Part shown: positions 25,980-34,457 of the stretch, piece by piece
How positions within the stretch are numbered: position 1 is the stretch's first letter
Layout of the letters: each line of letters opens with the position of its first letter
Assembly (NCBI GenBank): GCA_964485515.1
Contig: CAZALT010000004.1
Span: 1 to 53,160, forward strand
Length of the DNA stretch: 53,160 bases
Direction of reading: 5' to 3'
Source of the DNA: an uncultured Rhabdothermincola sp.
Lineage (GTDB): Bacteria; Actinomycetota; Acidimicrobiia; Acidimicrobiales; Acidimicrobilacustridaceae
Notes under the pieces: generated by a model
Seen by the model: the letters and a program-made list of their open reading frames with translations, nothing else
The model's database searches: none
Told to the model about the DNA's origin: nothing
Position numbers and translations under genes: made by a program

Positions 25980-26778
25980 GTACTCGCTCACCTGGGGAGA
26001 GATCTTGGATTACAAGCGCTTCGAGCCCACCCTGACCGTCGAGGTGGACGGACCGGTCCGCATCGTCACCCTCAACCGCCCCGACGACCTGAACTCGGTC
26101 GACGACGCCCTCCACAACGGCCTGCGCCGGGTGTGGGACGCGCTGATCGACGACGAGGAGGCCGAAGCTGTCGTCATCACCGGGGCGGGCCGTGCGTTCT
26201 GCTCGGGTGGCTACCTCCCGAACTTCGCCCGCAACCACACCGACGTCGTCGCCCGCCGCAAGGACATCCGCGAGGCTGAACGCCTCGTGAAGGCCATGCT
26301 CGAGTGCGAGCTGCCGATCGTCGCCGCGGTGAACGGTCCCGCCGTCGGACTCGGCTGCTCGCTCGCCGCCATGTCCGACATCGTCGTCATGGCCGATGAC
26401 ACGTTCATGTCCGACCCGCACGTGAGCGTCGGCCTCGTCGCCGGCGACGGCGGGCCGCTCGCCTGGCCGTTCATGATGAGCCTGCTCAAGGCCAAGGAGT
26501 ACATCCTGCTCGGCGATCGGATCCCCGCGGACGAGGCACTGCGCCTCGGGCTCGCCAACCGGCTCGCCCCGCGCGACGAGGTCGTCGCCCAGGCCACCGC
26601 GCTGGCTCATCGCCTCGCCGCCCAGCCCACGCAGGCGCTGCGCGACACCAAGCGGTCGCTCAACCTCGCCCTCATCCAGGCCGCGAACCTCATCATGCCG
26701 TTCGCCCTGGCCACCGAAGGCGACTCCTTCGGCACCGAAGATGTGCGGCGCAAGGTCGACGAGTTCTTCAACAAATGA
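25978..26778 (+). CDS. Enoyl-CoA hydratase/isomerase family
   Basis: ORF 25900..26778. VRIVTLNRPDDLNS, FCSGG, VNGPAVGLGCSLAAMSD. The first ATG (25978) lies inside the -10-like TAGTAT. An alternative TTG at 26005 is preceded by GGGGAGAG and would give MDYKRFEPTLTVEVDG... Confidence 0.85.
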   Translation: MYSLTWGEILDYKRFEPTLTVEVDGPVRIVTLNRPDDLNSVDDALHNGLRRVWDALIDDEEAEAVVITGAGRAFCSGGYLPNFARNHTDVVARRKDIREAERLVKAMLECELPIVAAVNGPAVGLGCSLAAMSDIVVMADDTFMSDPHVSVGLVAGDGGPLAWPFMMSLLKAKEYILLGDRIPADEALRLGLANRLAPRDEVVAQATALAHRLAAQPTQALRDTKRSLNLALIQAANLIMPFALATEGDSFGTEDVRRKVDEFFNK

Positions 26779-26823
26779 TGGATCGACTGCTGGCCCGAGG
26801 GGCCCACCGCGTTCGGATCGGTC

Positions 26824-27888
26824 GTGCTCGGCGTCGGACCAAGGTCGGGTGAGGTCGTGGACTCACGCGAAACGGACCTCGTTCCCACCCGAGCACTCGA
26901 CGCGTGGCTCGGCGACCGGCTCCCCGGTCCGGGCCCGCTGGCCGTGGAGCGCGTCACGACCGGGCACTCCAACGAGCTGTTCCGCATCTCACGGGGCGAG
27001 GACAACTGGATGCTGCGTCGACCACCGCGCGTGTCGAACACGCCCGGCGCCCACGACATGGCTCGGGAGTACCGGGTGCTCACCGCACTGGAAGGCACGT
27101 CGGTGCCGCACGCGACGCCCCGTGGGCTGTGTGACGACGAGTCCGTCATCGGCGCGCCGTTCTACGTCGTCGACCAGATCATCGGCACCCCGCTCTACGA
27201 CGAGATCCCCAAATCACTAGCCGGCGAACGGATTGCGATCGCGAACGAGATGATCGACGCGCTCGCCGCGCTGCATCGAGTCGACTGGCAGGCAGCGGGT
27301 CTCGACGGCTTCGGCCGACCCGACGGCTACGCCGAGCGGCAGGCCGCTCGCTGGGGCAAGCAGCTCGCGTCCTACGCGTTCCGCGACCTCCCGGAGCTCG
27401 ACGAGGTCGCGGCGTGGATCGACGCAGAGTGCCCCGGCACGAGCGGCGCCACGCTGATCCACGGTGACTACGGGCTCCACAATGTGATGTTCGCCCCGTC
27501 AGCACCTGCCGAGCTGCTCGCCATCATCGACTGGGAGACCTCGACGATCGGCGACCCCCTCGCCGATCTCGGCTACCTGCTCGCGTTCTGGCTCCAGCCC
27601 GAGGACTACCCGCAGTGGGCCGAGCTCGGGCCCGCCTACCCGCTCGACGGGTTCCCCGATCGCGACGCCCTCATCGCCCGCTACGCCGCCGCCGTCGGCA
27701 CGGAGCTCACCGCCGACGACCTTCGTTGGTACCGCGTGCTGGGGCACTTCAAGATCGCCGTCATCCTCGAAGGCTCCTATGGACGCTACGTGCGGGGCGA
27801 GGCCGACGACGAGTACTTCGCATCACTGGATGAGCGCGTGCCCCTGCTGGCACGGCATGCGCTCGCCATCGCCGCAAACGACGCCTAG
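26824..27888 (+). CDS. Phosphotransferase (APH-like kinase) family, ACAD10/11 N-domain / LvaA-like
   Basis: 354 aa (GTG start; an alternative GTG at 26857 follows GGTGAGG). TTGHSNELFRI, Brenner motif LIHGDYGLHNVMF, IDWETSTIGDPLADLG. Confidence 0.85.
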   Translation: MLGVGPRSGEVVDSRETDLVPTRALDAWLGDRLPGPGPLAVERVTTGHSNELFRISRGEDNWMLRRPPRVSNTPGAHDMAREYRVLTALEGTSVPHATPRGLCDDESVIGAPFYVVDQIIGTPLYDEIPKSLAGERIAIANEMIDALAALHRVDWQAAGLDGFGRPDGYAERQAARWGKQLASYAFRDLPELDEVAAWIDAECPGTSGATLIHGDYGLHNVMFAPSAPAELLAIIDWETSTIGDPLADLGYLLAFWLQPEDYPQWAELGPAYPLDGFPDRDALIARYAAAVGTELTADDLRWYRVLGHFKIAVILEGSYGRYVRGEADDEYFASLDERVPLLARHALAIAANDA

Positions 27889-27902
27889 GAGGCAGCAGCA
27901 CC

Positions 27903-29180
27903 ATGTGGGACTTCTCAACCGAACCGGAGATCGAGAAGGAGCTGGACTGGATCCGGTCCTTCGTCCACGACGAGATCGAACCGCTCGAGACGCTCGACCT
28001 CGACGACGCGGCGATGCAGGCGGCGATGGCGCCGCTCAAGCAGGAGGTCAAGGACCGTGGTCTGTGGGCGGCGCACCTGCCACCCGAGCTCGGCGGCCAG
28101 GGCTTCGGCCAGGTCCGGTTGGCGCTCATCCACGAGATCCTCGGCCGCTCGTTCCTCGCCCCGCTCGTGTTCGGCAACCAAGCGCCCGACTCGGGCAACG
28201 CCGAGCTCCTCGCGCACGCCGCGACCGCCGAGCAGAAGGCCAACTGGCTCGACCCGCTGCTCGCCGGTGAGGTCCGCAGCTGCTTCGCCATGACCGAGCC
28301 CGGCGCCGGCGCCGACCCGACGCTGCAGACGACCTCCGCCCGCCTCGAAGGTGGCGAGTGGGTCCTCGACGGCATGAAGTGGTTCGCCTCCAACGCGTCG
28401 ATCGCCGACGTGTTCATCGTGATGGCCGTGACCAACCCGGAGGCCGCGCCCCACGCACGAGCCTCGATGTTCGTCGTGCCGGCCGGGACCCCCGGTCTCG
28501 TCGTGGAGCGCGACATCCCCACGATGGAGCACCCGTACGACCGCGCCCCCGCCTATGGCAACCACGCCGAGGTGTCGTTCACGAACTGTCGCATCCCCGC
28601 CGACGCCATCCTCGGGGGAGAGGGCCAGGGCTTCGCCCTCGCCCAGACCCGGCTCGGCCCCGGCCGCATCCACCACTGCATGCGCTGGCTCGGCCAGAGC
28701 GAGCGGGCGCTCGAGATGATGTGCGAACGCGCCGTGTCTCGCTTCATCCACGGCTCGGTCCTGTCCGACAAGCAGATGATCCAGGAGTGGGTCGCCGAGT
28801 CCGTCGCCGAGCGCCAGGCCGCCCGACTGATGACGTTGCACGCGGCGTGGAAGATCGACACCGAAGGCGTGCGCGGCTCGCTCACCGAGATCGCCATGAT
28901 CAAGTTCTGGGGCGCCCGCGTCCTCTACAACGTGATCGACCGCTCGATCCAGGTGCACGGATCGCTGGGCTACAGCTCCGACCTCCCGCTCGAGTTCATG
29001 TACCGCCAGGCCCGCGCCGCCCGTCTGTACGACGGGCCGGACGAGGTCCACAAGGTCACGGTCGCCCGACGTCACCTGCGCGGGATCGAGCCGCGGGGTG
29101 TGCCGTCCGAGCACGTGCCGAGCCGGCGCAAGGAAGCCGAAGCCCGCTTCGCCGACCTGCTGTCGTCGATCGATGCCTGA
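27903..29180 (+). CDS. Acyl-CoA dehydrogenase, ACAD10/11-like subfamily
   Basis: 425 aa, SD AGGAGG. FAMTEPGAGADP, MKWFASNA, and LYDGPDEVHKVTVARRHL at the position of the usual YEGTSEIQ (Asp/Gly instead of the MCAD-type Glu). Confidence 0.9.
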   Translation: MWDFSTEPEIEKELDWIRSFVHDEIEPLETLDLDDAAMQAAMAPLKQEVKDRGLWAAHLPPELGGQGFGQVRLALIHEILGRSFLAPLVFGNQAPDSGNAELLAHAATAEQKANWLDPLLAGEVRSCFAMTEPGAGADPTLQTTSARLEGGEWVLDGMKWFASNASIADVFIVMAVTNPEAAPHARASMFVVPAGTPGLVVERDIPTMEHPYDRAPAYGNHAEVSFTNCRIPADAILGGEGQGFALAQTRLGPGRIHHCMRWLGQSERALEMMCERAVSRFIHGSVLSDKQMIQEWVAESVAERQAARLMTLHAAWKIDTEGVRGSLTEIAMIKFWGARVLYNVIDRSIQVHGSLGYSSDLPLEFMYRQARAARLYDGPDEVHKVTVARRHLRGIEPRGVPSEHVPSRRKEAEARFADLLSSIDA

Positions 29181-30165
29181 TCCGGGTCAGGCCGCCGAGG
29201 CCCCGCCGGCCGACGAGGCCACCGCGCTGTCCGACCTGCTCGCCGACAGCCCGACCAACTGGGGTCGGTGGGGCGACGACGACGAGGTCGGTGCCGCCAA
29301 CTTCCTCGGCACGGCCGAGATCCTCGCCGGGGTCGCCGCCGCCCAACAGGGCAAGGTCTTCACGCTGCAGCTGCCCATCGGCAACAAGGGCGGGGACCCG
29401 GTGTGGCCGGGGCGCGGCGTGTCGCAGCACCTGATGGTGATCGACCGGAGCCACTTCGCCCACAACCGGGTCAAGAAGTTCCCGGGCGGCATCGAGTACG
29501 CCGACGACCACCTCAGCACGTACCTGCAGGGCACCACGCACTGCGATGCGCTCGGCCACGCCTGGTACGGCGACGAGATCTGGAACGGCTACTCGGCCGA
29601 CAGCACGATCGGCCACATGGACCACGCGTCGGTGCTCCCGCTCGCCGAGCGCGGCATCGTCGGTCGGGCCGTGCTGCTCGACATCGCCCGGTTCCGGGAG
29701 CAGGACTACCTCGAGCCCGGCGACACGTTCGACCACACCGACCTCGAGGTGTGCGCCTCGGCGCAGGGCATCGAGATCGCGCCGCACGACATCATCCTCG
29801 TGCGGACCGGGTGGCTGCGTCGCTTCTTCGAGGTCGGCTCGCGGAACTTCTACCAGGGCTTCAACGAGCCCGGCCTGACCTACAGCCCCGACCTGGTCGA
29901 GTGGTTCAAGGGTCGTGAGGTCCCGGCGCTCGTCACCGACACGATGGCCAACGAGGTCACGATCGACCCCGAGTCGAAGGCCGCGCTCCCGCTGCACGGC
30001 GCGCTCATGCGCAACCTCGGCGTCGTGTTCATGGAGATGGCCTGGCTCGACGACCTGGCCGCCGACTGCGCCGACGACGGCGTGTGGACCTTCCTCTTCG
30101 CCGGCGCCCCCCTCAAGGTCGCGTCCGCAACGGGCTCCCCGGTCAACCCCATCGTCATCAAGTAG
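29173..30165 (+). CDS. Cyclase-family (kynurenine formamidase-like) metal hydrolase
   Basis: ORF 29098..30165 trimmed to ATG 29173 (8-nt overlap with the ACAD stop). NWGRWGDDDEVGAANFL, GTTHCDALGH (variant of HxGTHxDxPxH), VRTGW. Confidence 0.8.
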   Translation: MPDPGQAAEAPPADEATALSDLLADSPTNWGRWGDDDEVGAANFLGTAEILAGVAAAQQGKVFTLQLPIGNKGGDPVWPGRGVSQHLMVIDRSHFAHNRVKKFPGGIEYADDHLSTYLQGTTHCDALGHAWYGDEIWNGYSADSTIGHMDHASVLPLAERGIVGRAVLLDIARFREQDYLEPGDTFDHTDLEVCASAQGIEIAPHDIILVRTGWLRRFFEVGSRNFYQGFNEPGLTYSPDLVEWFKGREVPALVTDTMANEVTIDPESKAALPLHGALMRNLGVVFMEMAWLDDLAADCADDGVWTFLFAGAPLKVASATGSPVNPIVIK

Positions 30166-30242
30166 CTGCCAGCGTTCCGCCACCCATCGGCGTCGTTTGC
30201 GTGCGCAGTGCCCCATCCAGGAGCCGCCAGCGCGACGGGTGG

Positions 30243-31001
30243 TCAGTAGACCGAGCCGCCGTCTACTCGGATGATGGCGCCTGTTGTGTAGCTGCTGGCG
30301 TCGGAGGCGAGGTAGAGGGCGGTGCCGACGACCTCGTCGGGCTCGCCGATGCGCTTGAGGGCGTACTGCGCGGCTTCCTCGTCGATCTCGTCCATGTCCC
30401 AGTGCTGGGCGACGTCGGTGCGGAAGCGGCCGACCATGATGCAGTTGACCCGCACCTGCGGGCCGTAGGCCCGGGCGAACGAGAGCGTGATCGAGTTGAG
30501 CCCGGCCTTGGCGGCGGCGTAGGGGATCACGGCGGGATTCGGGTTCACGCCAGCCATGCTCGAGATGTTGATGATCGACCCGCCGCCGTCCTCGATCATG
30601 CGCTCGCCGAACAGCGCGCTGAGCCGGTACGGCCCGCGCAGGTTCACGTCGAGCACCTTGTCGTAGAGGTCCTGGGTGACGTCGCTCGGCTTGTCGTAGA
30701 GCGGTGACATGCCGGCGTTGTTCACGAGGACGTCGACGCGGCCGAACTCGCTGTAGGCGGCTTCGTAGAGCGCGTCGCAGTCGTCCCACTTGCCGACGTG
30801 CGTGCCGACCGGCAGGGCGCGGCGGCCCGTGGTGGCGGTGACCTCGTCGGCCAGCTCCTGGCACGACTCGATGCGACGGCTGGCGATGACGACGTCGGCT
30901 CCCGCCCGTGCGTAGCCGAGGGTCATGGCGCGGCCGAGCCCCCGGCTTCCTCCGGTGACCACGACGACCTTGCCCTCGACGGAGAACGACGGATCTGTCA
31001 T
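30243..31001 (-). CDS. SDR-family oxidoreductase
   Basis: ORF 30243..31220 trimmed to ATG 31001 (GAAAGG 7 nt upstream). VVTGGSRGLGRA, NNAGM, YAAAKAGL. Confidence 0.9.
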   Translation of the reverse strand: MTDPSFSVEGKVVVVTGGSRGLGRAMTLGYARAGADVVIASRRIESCQELADEVTATTGRRALPVGTHVGKWDDCDALYEAAYSEFGRVDVLVNNAGMSPLYDKPSDVTQDLYDKVLDVNLRGPYRLSALFGERMIEDGGGSIINISSMAGVNPNPAVIPYAAAKAGLNSITLSFARAYGPQVRVNCIMVGRFRTDVAQHWDMDEIDEEAAQYALKRIGEPDEVVGTALYLASDASSYTTGAIIRVDGGSVY

Positions 31002-31031
31002 CTGCATGCCTTTCGGTCCGGTGTCAGAAAC

Positions 31032-31050
31032 ATCCTGCCCAGTAGGTTGA
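31032..31050 (-). promoter_or_regulatory. Island operator motif, copy F (plus-strand ATcCTgCccAGTAGGTTGA)
   Basis: Two mismatches. Sits between the divergent SDR (start 31001) and the ACAD pair (start 31235). Confidence 0.5.
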
Positions 31051-31234
31051 CATTTTGTGTCGCCGCGACGCAAGGTGTCGTTACTTGCCGAGCCCCCTCG
31101 CGGGCCGGACGGCCACGCGCTGGCACACCGCCATCGCCGGCCGACGAACGAAGGGTCGCCACTCCGCTCGACGGACGAGGCGGCCGACACCACACCGAAC
31201 GACAGGCCACCGGCCGACAAAGAGGGTGAACGAC

Positions 31235-32263
31235 GTGTTCTTCGAGTTGACGGAAGACCAGGAGTTTCTGAAGCGGAGCGCGGAGGAGGTCGTCGCCGAT
31301 CTCTTCTCGGATGCGACCATCCGCGCCGCGCTCGATGACGACGAGGGCAAGATCCGCAGCGACAGCTGGGCCCAGCTCGTGGAGCTGGGCTGGGCGGGCG
31401 TCCTCGTGCCGGAGGCGCTCGGCGGTTCGGGTGGGTCGGTGGTCGATGCCTGCATCCTCGCCGAGGTGCTGGCCGCGTCGCTCGCGCCGGTGCCCTTCGT
31501 GGGCACGGCGATCGGCGTCGCGTCGGTCCTCGCCGCCGTCGGCGACGACGCCGCGCAGCGCGACCTCGCCGCCGGGACGCCCATGGCGCTCGCCCTCGAC
31601 GGGCGCCTGCGATGGGGCACCGCGAACCCGGGCCTCGCCTTCGACTGGATCGTCGGCGCCGAGGTCGTGCAGGTCGTGGATCCCGCCACCGGTGAGATCC
31701 GCCGAACGGTCGCCGAGCCGACCGGCATCGACCGGTTCGACCAGCTCCACCCGATGTCCCGCATCGATGACCTCCCGACCCAGGGCACCGAGCTCTCCGA
31801 CGAGCTCCGACGGGCGCTCGCCATCACCCAGGTCGGCGCCGCGGCCGCGTCGCTCGGGCTCGCCGCAGCCGCGCTGCGCGAAGCGGTGGCCTACTCGCTG
31901 GAACGCCAGCAGTACGGCCGGGCGATCGCGCAGTTCCAGGCCGTCCAGCACCTGTGCGCCGACATGTACGTCGATGTCGAGTCGACCCGTTCGCTGGCCT
32001 ACGGCGCGGCGTGGGCGGTCGAGAACGAACCGGTCGACGAGGCCGTGCGCGTCGCCGCAGCCGCGACCGCCTGGTGCGGACCCGCCGCGATCCGCGTCGT
32101 CGAGACCGGCATCCAGGTGCTCGGCGGCATCGGCGTCACGTGGGAGCACGACGCCCACCTCCGCCTCCGCCACGCGCAGCTGCTCGACCGGGCGTTCGGC
32201 AACCCCGACGCCGCTCGGGAGCACCTCGCCGCCCTGGCCCTCACCGCCTCCGAGGAGAACTGA
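31235..32263 (+). CDS. Acyl-CoA dehydrogenase family protein, beta-type subunit
   Basis: ORF 31055..32263 trimmed to GTG 31235 (AGAGGG 8 nt upstream; GTG 31226 is also possible). WAQLVELGWAGVLVPEALGGSG, QQYGRAIAQFQAVQH, VLGGIGVTWEHDAHLRLR. Confidence 0.8.
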   Translation: MFFELTEDQEFLKRSAEEVVADLFSDATIRAALDDDEGKIRSDSWAQLVELGWAGVLVPEALGGSGGSVVDACILAEVLAASLAPVPFVGTAIGVASVLAAVGDDAAQRDLAAGTPMALALDGRLRWGTANPGLAFDWIVGAEVVQVVDPATGEIRRTVAEPTGIDRFDQLHPMSRIDDLPTQGTELSDELRRALAITQVGAAAASLGLAAAALREAVAYSLERQQYGRAIAQFQAVQHLCADMYVDVESTRSLAYGAAWAVENEPVDEAVRVAAAATAWCGPAAIRVVETGIQVLGGIGVTWEHDAHLRLRHAQLLDRAFGNPDAAREHLAALALTASEEN

Positions 32264-32264
32264 C

Positions 32265-33407
32265 ATGGATCTGCGAGACAGCCCTGAGCAAGCCGAGTTC
32301 CGAGCCCGCCTCCGCGAGTGGCTCGACGAGAACCTCCCCAGCGAGCCCGAGCCCGAACACCTGGCCGAGCGCTTCGCCTTCATGGTCGCCTGGCAGCAGG
32401 CGCTCTATCGAGGCGGGTGGGTCGCGCTGTCGTGGCCGACCGAGTACGGCGGTCAGGGCCTGAGCGTCCTCGAGGAGGCCATCCTCAACGAGGAGCTCGG
32501 CCGGGCCGGTGCGCCGACGTCGCTCCCGCTCAACTACCTCGGTCGCCCGCTCCTCACGCACGGCACCGAAGAGCAGCGGTCGCGCTACCTGCCCGATCTC
32601 TTGTCGGCGGAGACCATCTGGTGCCAGGGCTTCTCCGAGCCCGGCGCGGGATCGGACCTCGCGTCCTTGCGCACCAAGGCCACTCCCGCGGATGACGCCG
32701 AGGGCGGCTGGGTCATCTCCGGCCAGAAGCTCTGGACGAGCTTCGGCGCGTTCGGCGACATGTGCCTCCTCCTGGCGCGCACTTCCAACCAGGGTCCGAA
32801 CTACGAAGGGATCTCGGCGTTCGTGGTCCCGATGGACGCCGAGGGCGTCACGGTGCGTGCGGTGGTCATGGGCAACGGCGACGCCGAGTTCGCCGAGATC
32901 TTCCTCGACGACGTCAAGGTCGGGCCGGACGCGCTGCTCGGCGAGCTGGGCGACGGATGGGCCATCGCCCAGGCGACCATCAGCTACGAGCGCGGTGCGG
33001 TCGACATCGGCTACCAGGCGAAGTTCACCCGCATGTACGCCGAGCTCGTCGCCGAGGTGGCGGAGCGCGCCGTCGACGACGTCGGCATCCGGCGCCGACT
33101 CGGTGAGGTGGCTACCTACCTCGAAGTTCTGCGCATGCACAGCCTGCGTCGCCTCTCGGCCCGCACGGACGGGTCGCTGCCGGGCCCGGAGAGCTCGGTC
33201 GACAAGCTGCTCATGACCCGCGTGGAGCAGCTGCTGCTCGAGACGGCGATGGACCTGTGCGACGACCACCTCGGTGGGCGACGATCCGCGTGGTTCGACC
33301 GCTACCTCTATGCCCGGTCCGGGAGCATCTACGGCGGGTCGGCCCAGATCCAGCGCAACATCTTGGCGCTGCGCGTCCTCGGCATGCGCGTCAAGAAGGC
33401 CGCCTGA
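32265..33407 (+). CDS. Acyl-CoA dehydrogenase, alpha-type subunit
   Basis: ORF 31311..33407 trimmed to ATG 32265 (1 nt after the previous stop, SD GAGGAG). WPTEYGGQG, FSEPGAGSDLAS, KLWTSFG, IYGGSAQIQRNILA. Confidence 0.9.
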   Translation: MDLRDSPEQAEFRARLREWLDENLPSEPEPEHLAERFAFMVAWQQALYRGGWVALSWPTEYGGQGLSVLEEAILNEELGRAGAPTSLPLNYLGRPLLTHGTEEQRSRYLPDLLSAETIWCQGFSEPGAGSDLASLRTKATPADDAEGGWVISGQKLWTSFGAFGDMCLLLARTSNQGPNYEGISAFVVPMDAEGVTVRAVVMGNGDAEFAEIFLDDVKVGPDALLGELGDGWAIAQATISYERGAVDIGYQAKFTRMYAELVAEVAERAVDDVGIRRRLGEVATYLEVLRMHSLRRLSARTDGSLPGPESSVDKLLMTRVEQLLLETAMDLCDDHLGGRRSAWFDRYLYARSGSIYGGSAQIQRNILALRVLGMRVKKAA

Positions 33408-33409
33408 CC

Positions 33410-34288
33410 ATGGGTGTGGGGGTCGAACTGGGGGACGGGTCGGAGCAGGGGACCGAGTACGAGGAGATCATCTACGAGGTCGTCGATCCGGTGGCGACGA
33501 TCACGCTCAACCGGCCCCAGGCGCTCAATGCCTGGACGCCGCGCATGGGCGCCGAGCTCGACGACGCGCTCCGGCGCGCCACCGAGGACACGTCGGTCGT
33601 CGGCATCGTGATCACCGGCGCCGGTCGCGGGTTCTGCGCCGGTGCCGACATGGACGTGCTGGCCGATTCGGCCAAGCCGGGCGGGCCGCGGCCCGTGCGT
33701 CCGACCGCGGGTGACCTCTCGTGGGGCGACGACTTCCGGGGGGTGTTCACCTCGATCCTGTCGGTGCCGAAGCCAACGATCGCCGCGATCAACGGCGCGG
33801 TCGCCGGCATGGCGGTCGCCATGGTCCTGTCCTGCGACCTGCGCTTCATGGCCGCCGAGGCCAAGTTCACGACGGCGTTCGCTCGCCGTGGCCTGGTGTC
33901 CGAGTGGGGGACCAGTTGGTTGCTCCCGCGCATCATCCATCCCGCCGACGCGCTCGATCTGCTCCTGTCCGGTCGGATCATCCAGGGTGAGGAGGCGCAC
34001 GGCATGGGCCTCGTCAACCGCGTGGTCGCGGACGGCAGCGTTGCCGAAGCGGCCCAGGACTACGTGCGCGACCTGGCCGAGCACTGCTCGCCGACGTCGA
34101 TGGCCACCATCAAGCGGCAGGTCTACCAGCAGCTCCACGCCGGTCCGCAGCTGTCATCGGGCCTCGGTCCCGCCGAGCGTGAGGCGGCCCAGCTCATGGA
34201 GGAGACGCTCCAGTCGGAGGACTTCGCCGAGGGTGTCGCGGCCTTTGACGAGAAGCGTGCCGCGGTCTACCGCCGCGTCGGTCTCTGA
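33410..34288 (+). CDS. Enoyl-CoA hydratase/isomerase family
   Basis: ORF 33257..34288 trimmed to ATG 33410. ATITLNRPQALNAW, GRGFCAGADM, INGAVAGMAVAMVLSCDL. Confidence 0.85.
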   Translation: MGVGVELGDGSEQGTEYEEIIYEVVDPVATITLNRPQALNAWTPRMGAELDDALRRATEDTSVVGIVITGAGRGFCAGADMDVLADSAKPGGPRPVRPTAGDLSWGDDFRGVFTSILSVPKPTIAAINGAVAGMAVAMVLSCDLRFMAAEAKFTTAFARRGLVSEWGTSWLLPRIIHPADALDLLLSGRIIQGEEAHGMGLVNRVVADGSVAEAAQDYVRDLAEHCSPTSMATIKRQVYQQLHAGPQLSSGLGPAEREAAQLMEETLQSEDFAEGVAAFDEKRAAVYRRVGL

Positions 34289-34390
34289 CGTCTCACCGGC
34301 CGGTTGCCGTCGCGAACGGTGATCGGCCGTGGCCTGTTCGGCGTGGCCACGAGGGCTGGTGAAGAACTCGGCGGGTGTCTGGACATTCAA

Positions 34391-34409
34391 AGCACCTACT
34401 CAGTAGTAT
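34391..34409 (+). promoter_or_regulatory. Island operator/promoter motif, copy G (agcACCTACTcaGTAGTAT) with TGGACA at 34380-34385
   Basis: TGGACA-N18-TAGTAT. 49 nt upstream of ATG 34458. Confidence 0.6.
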
Positions 34410-34457
34410 GTGACCGACGACGCACAGGGGTGTGCCCGTCGTGAAGGGGAATCGCAC

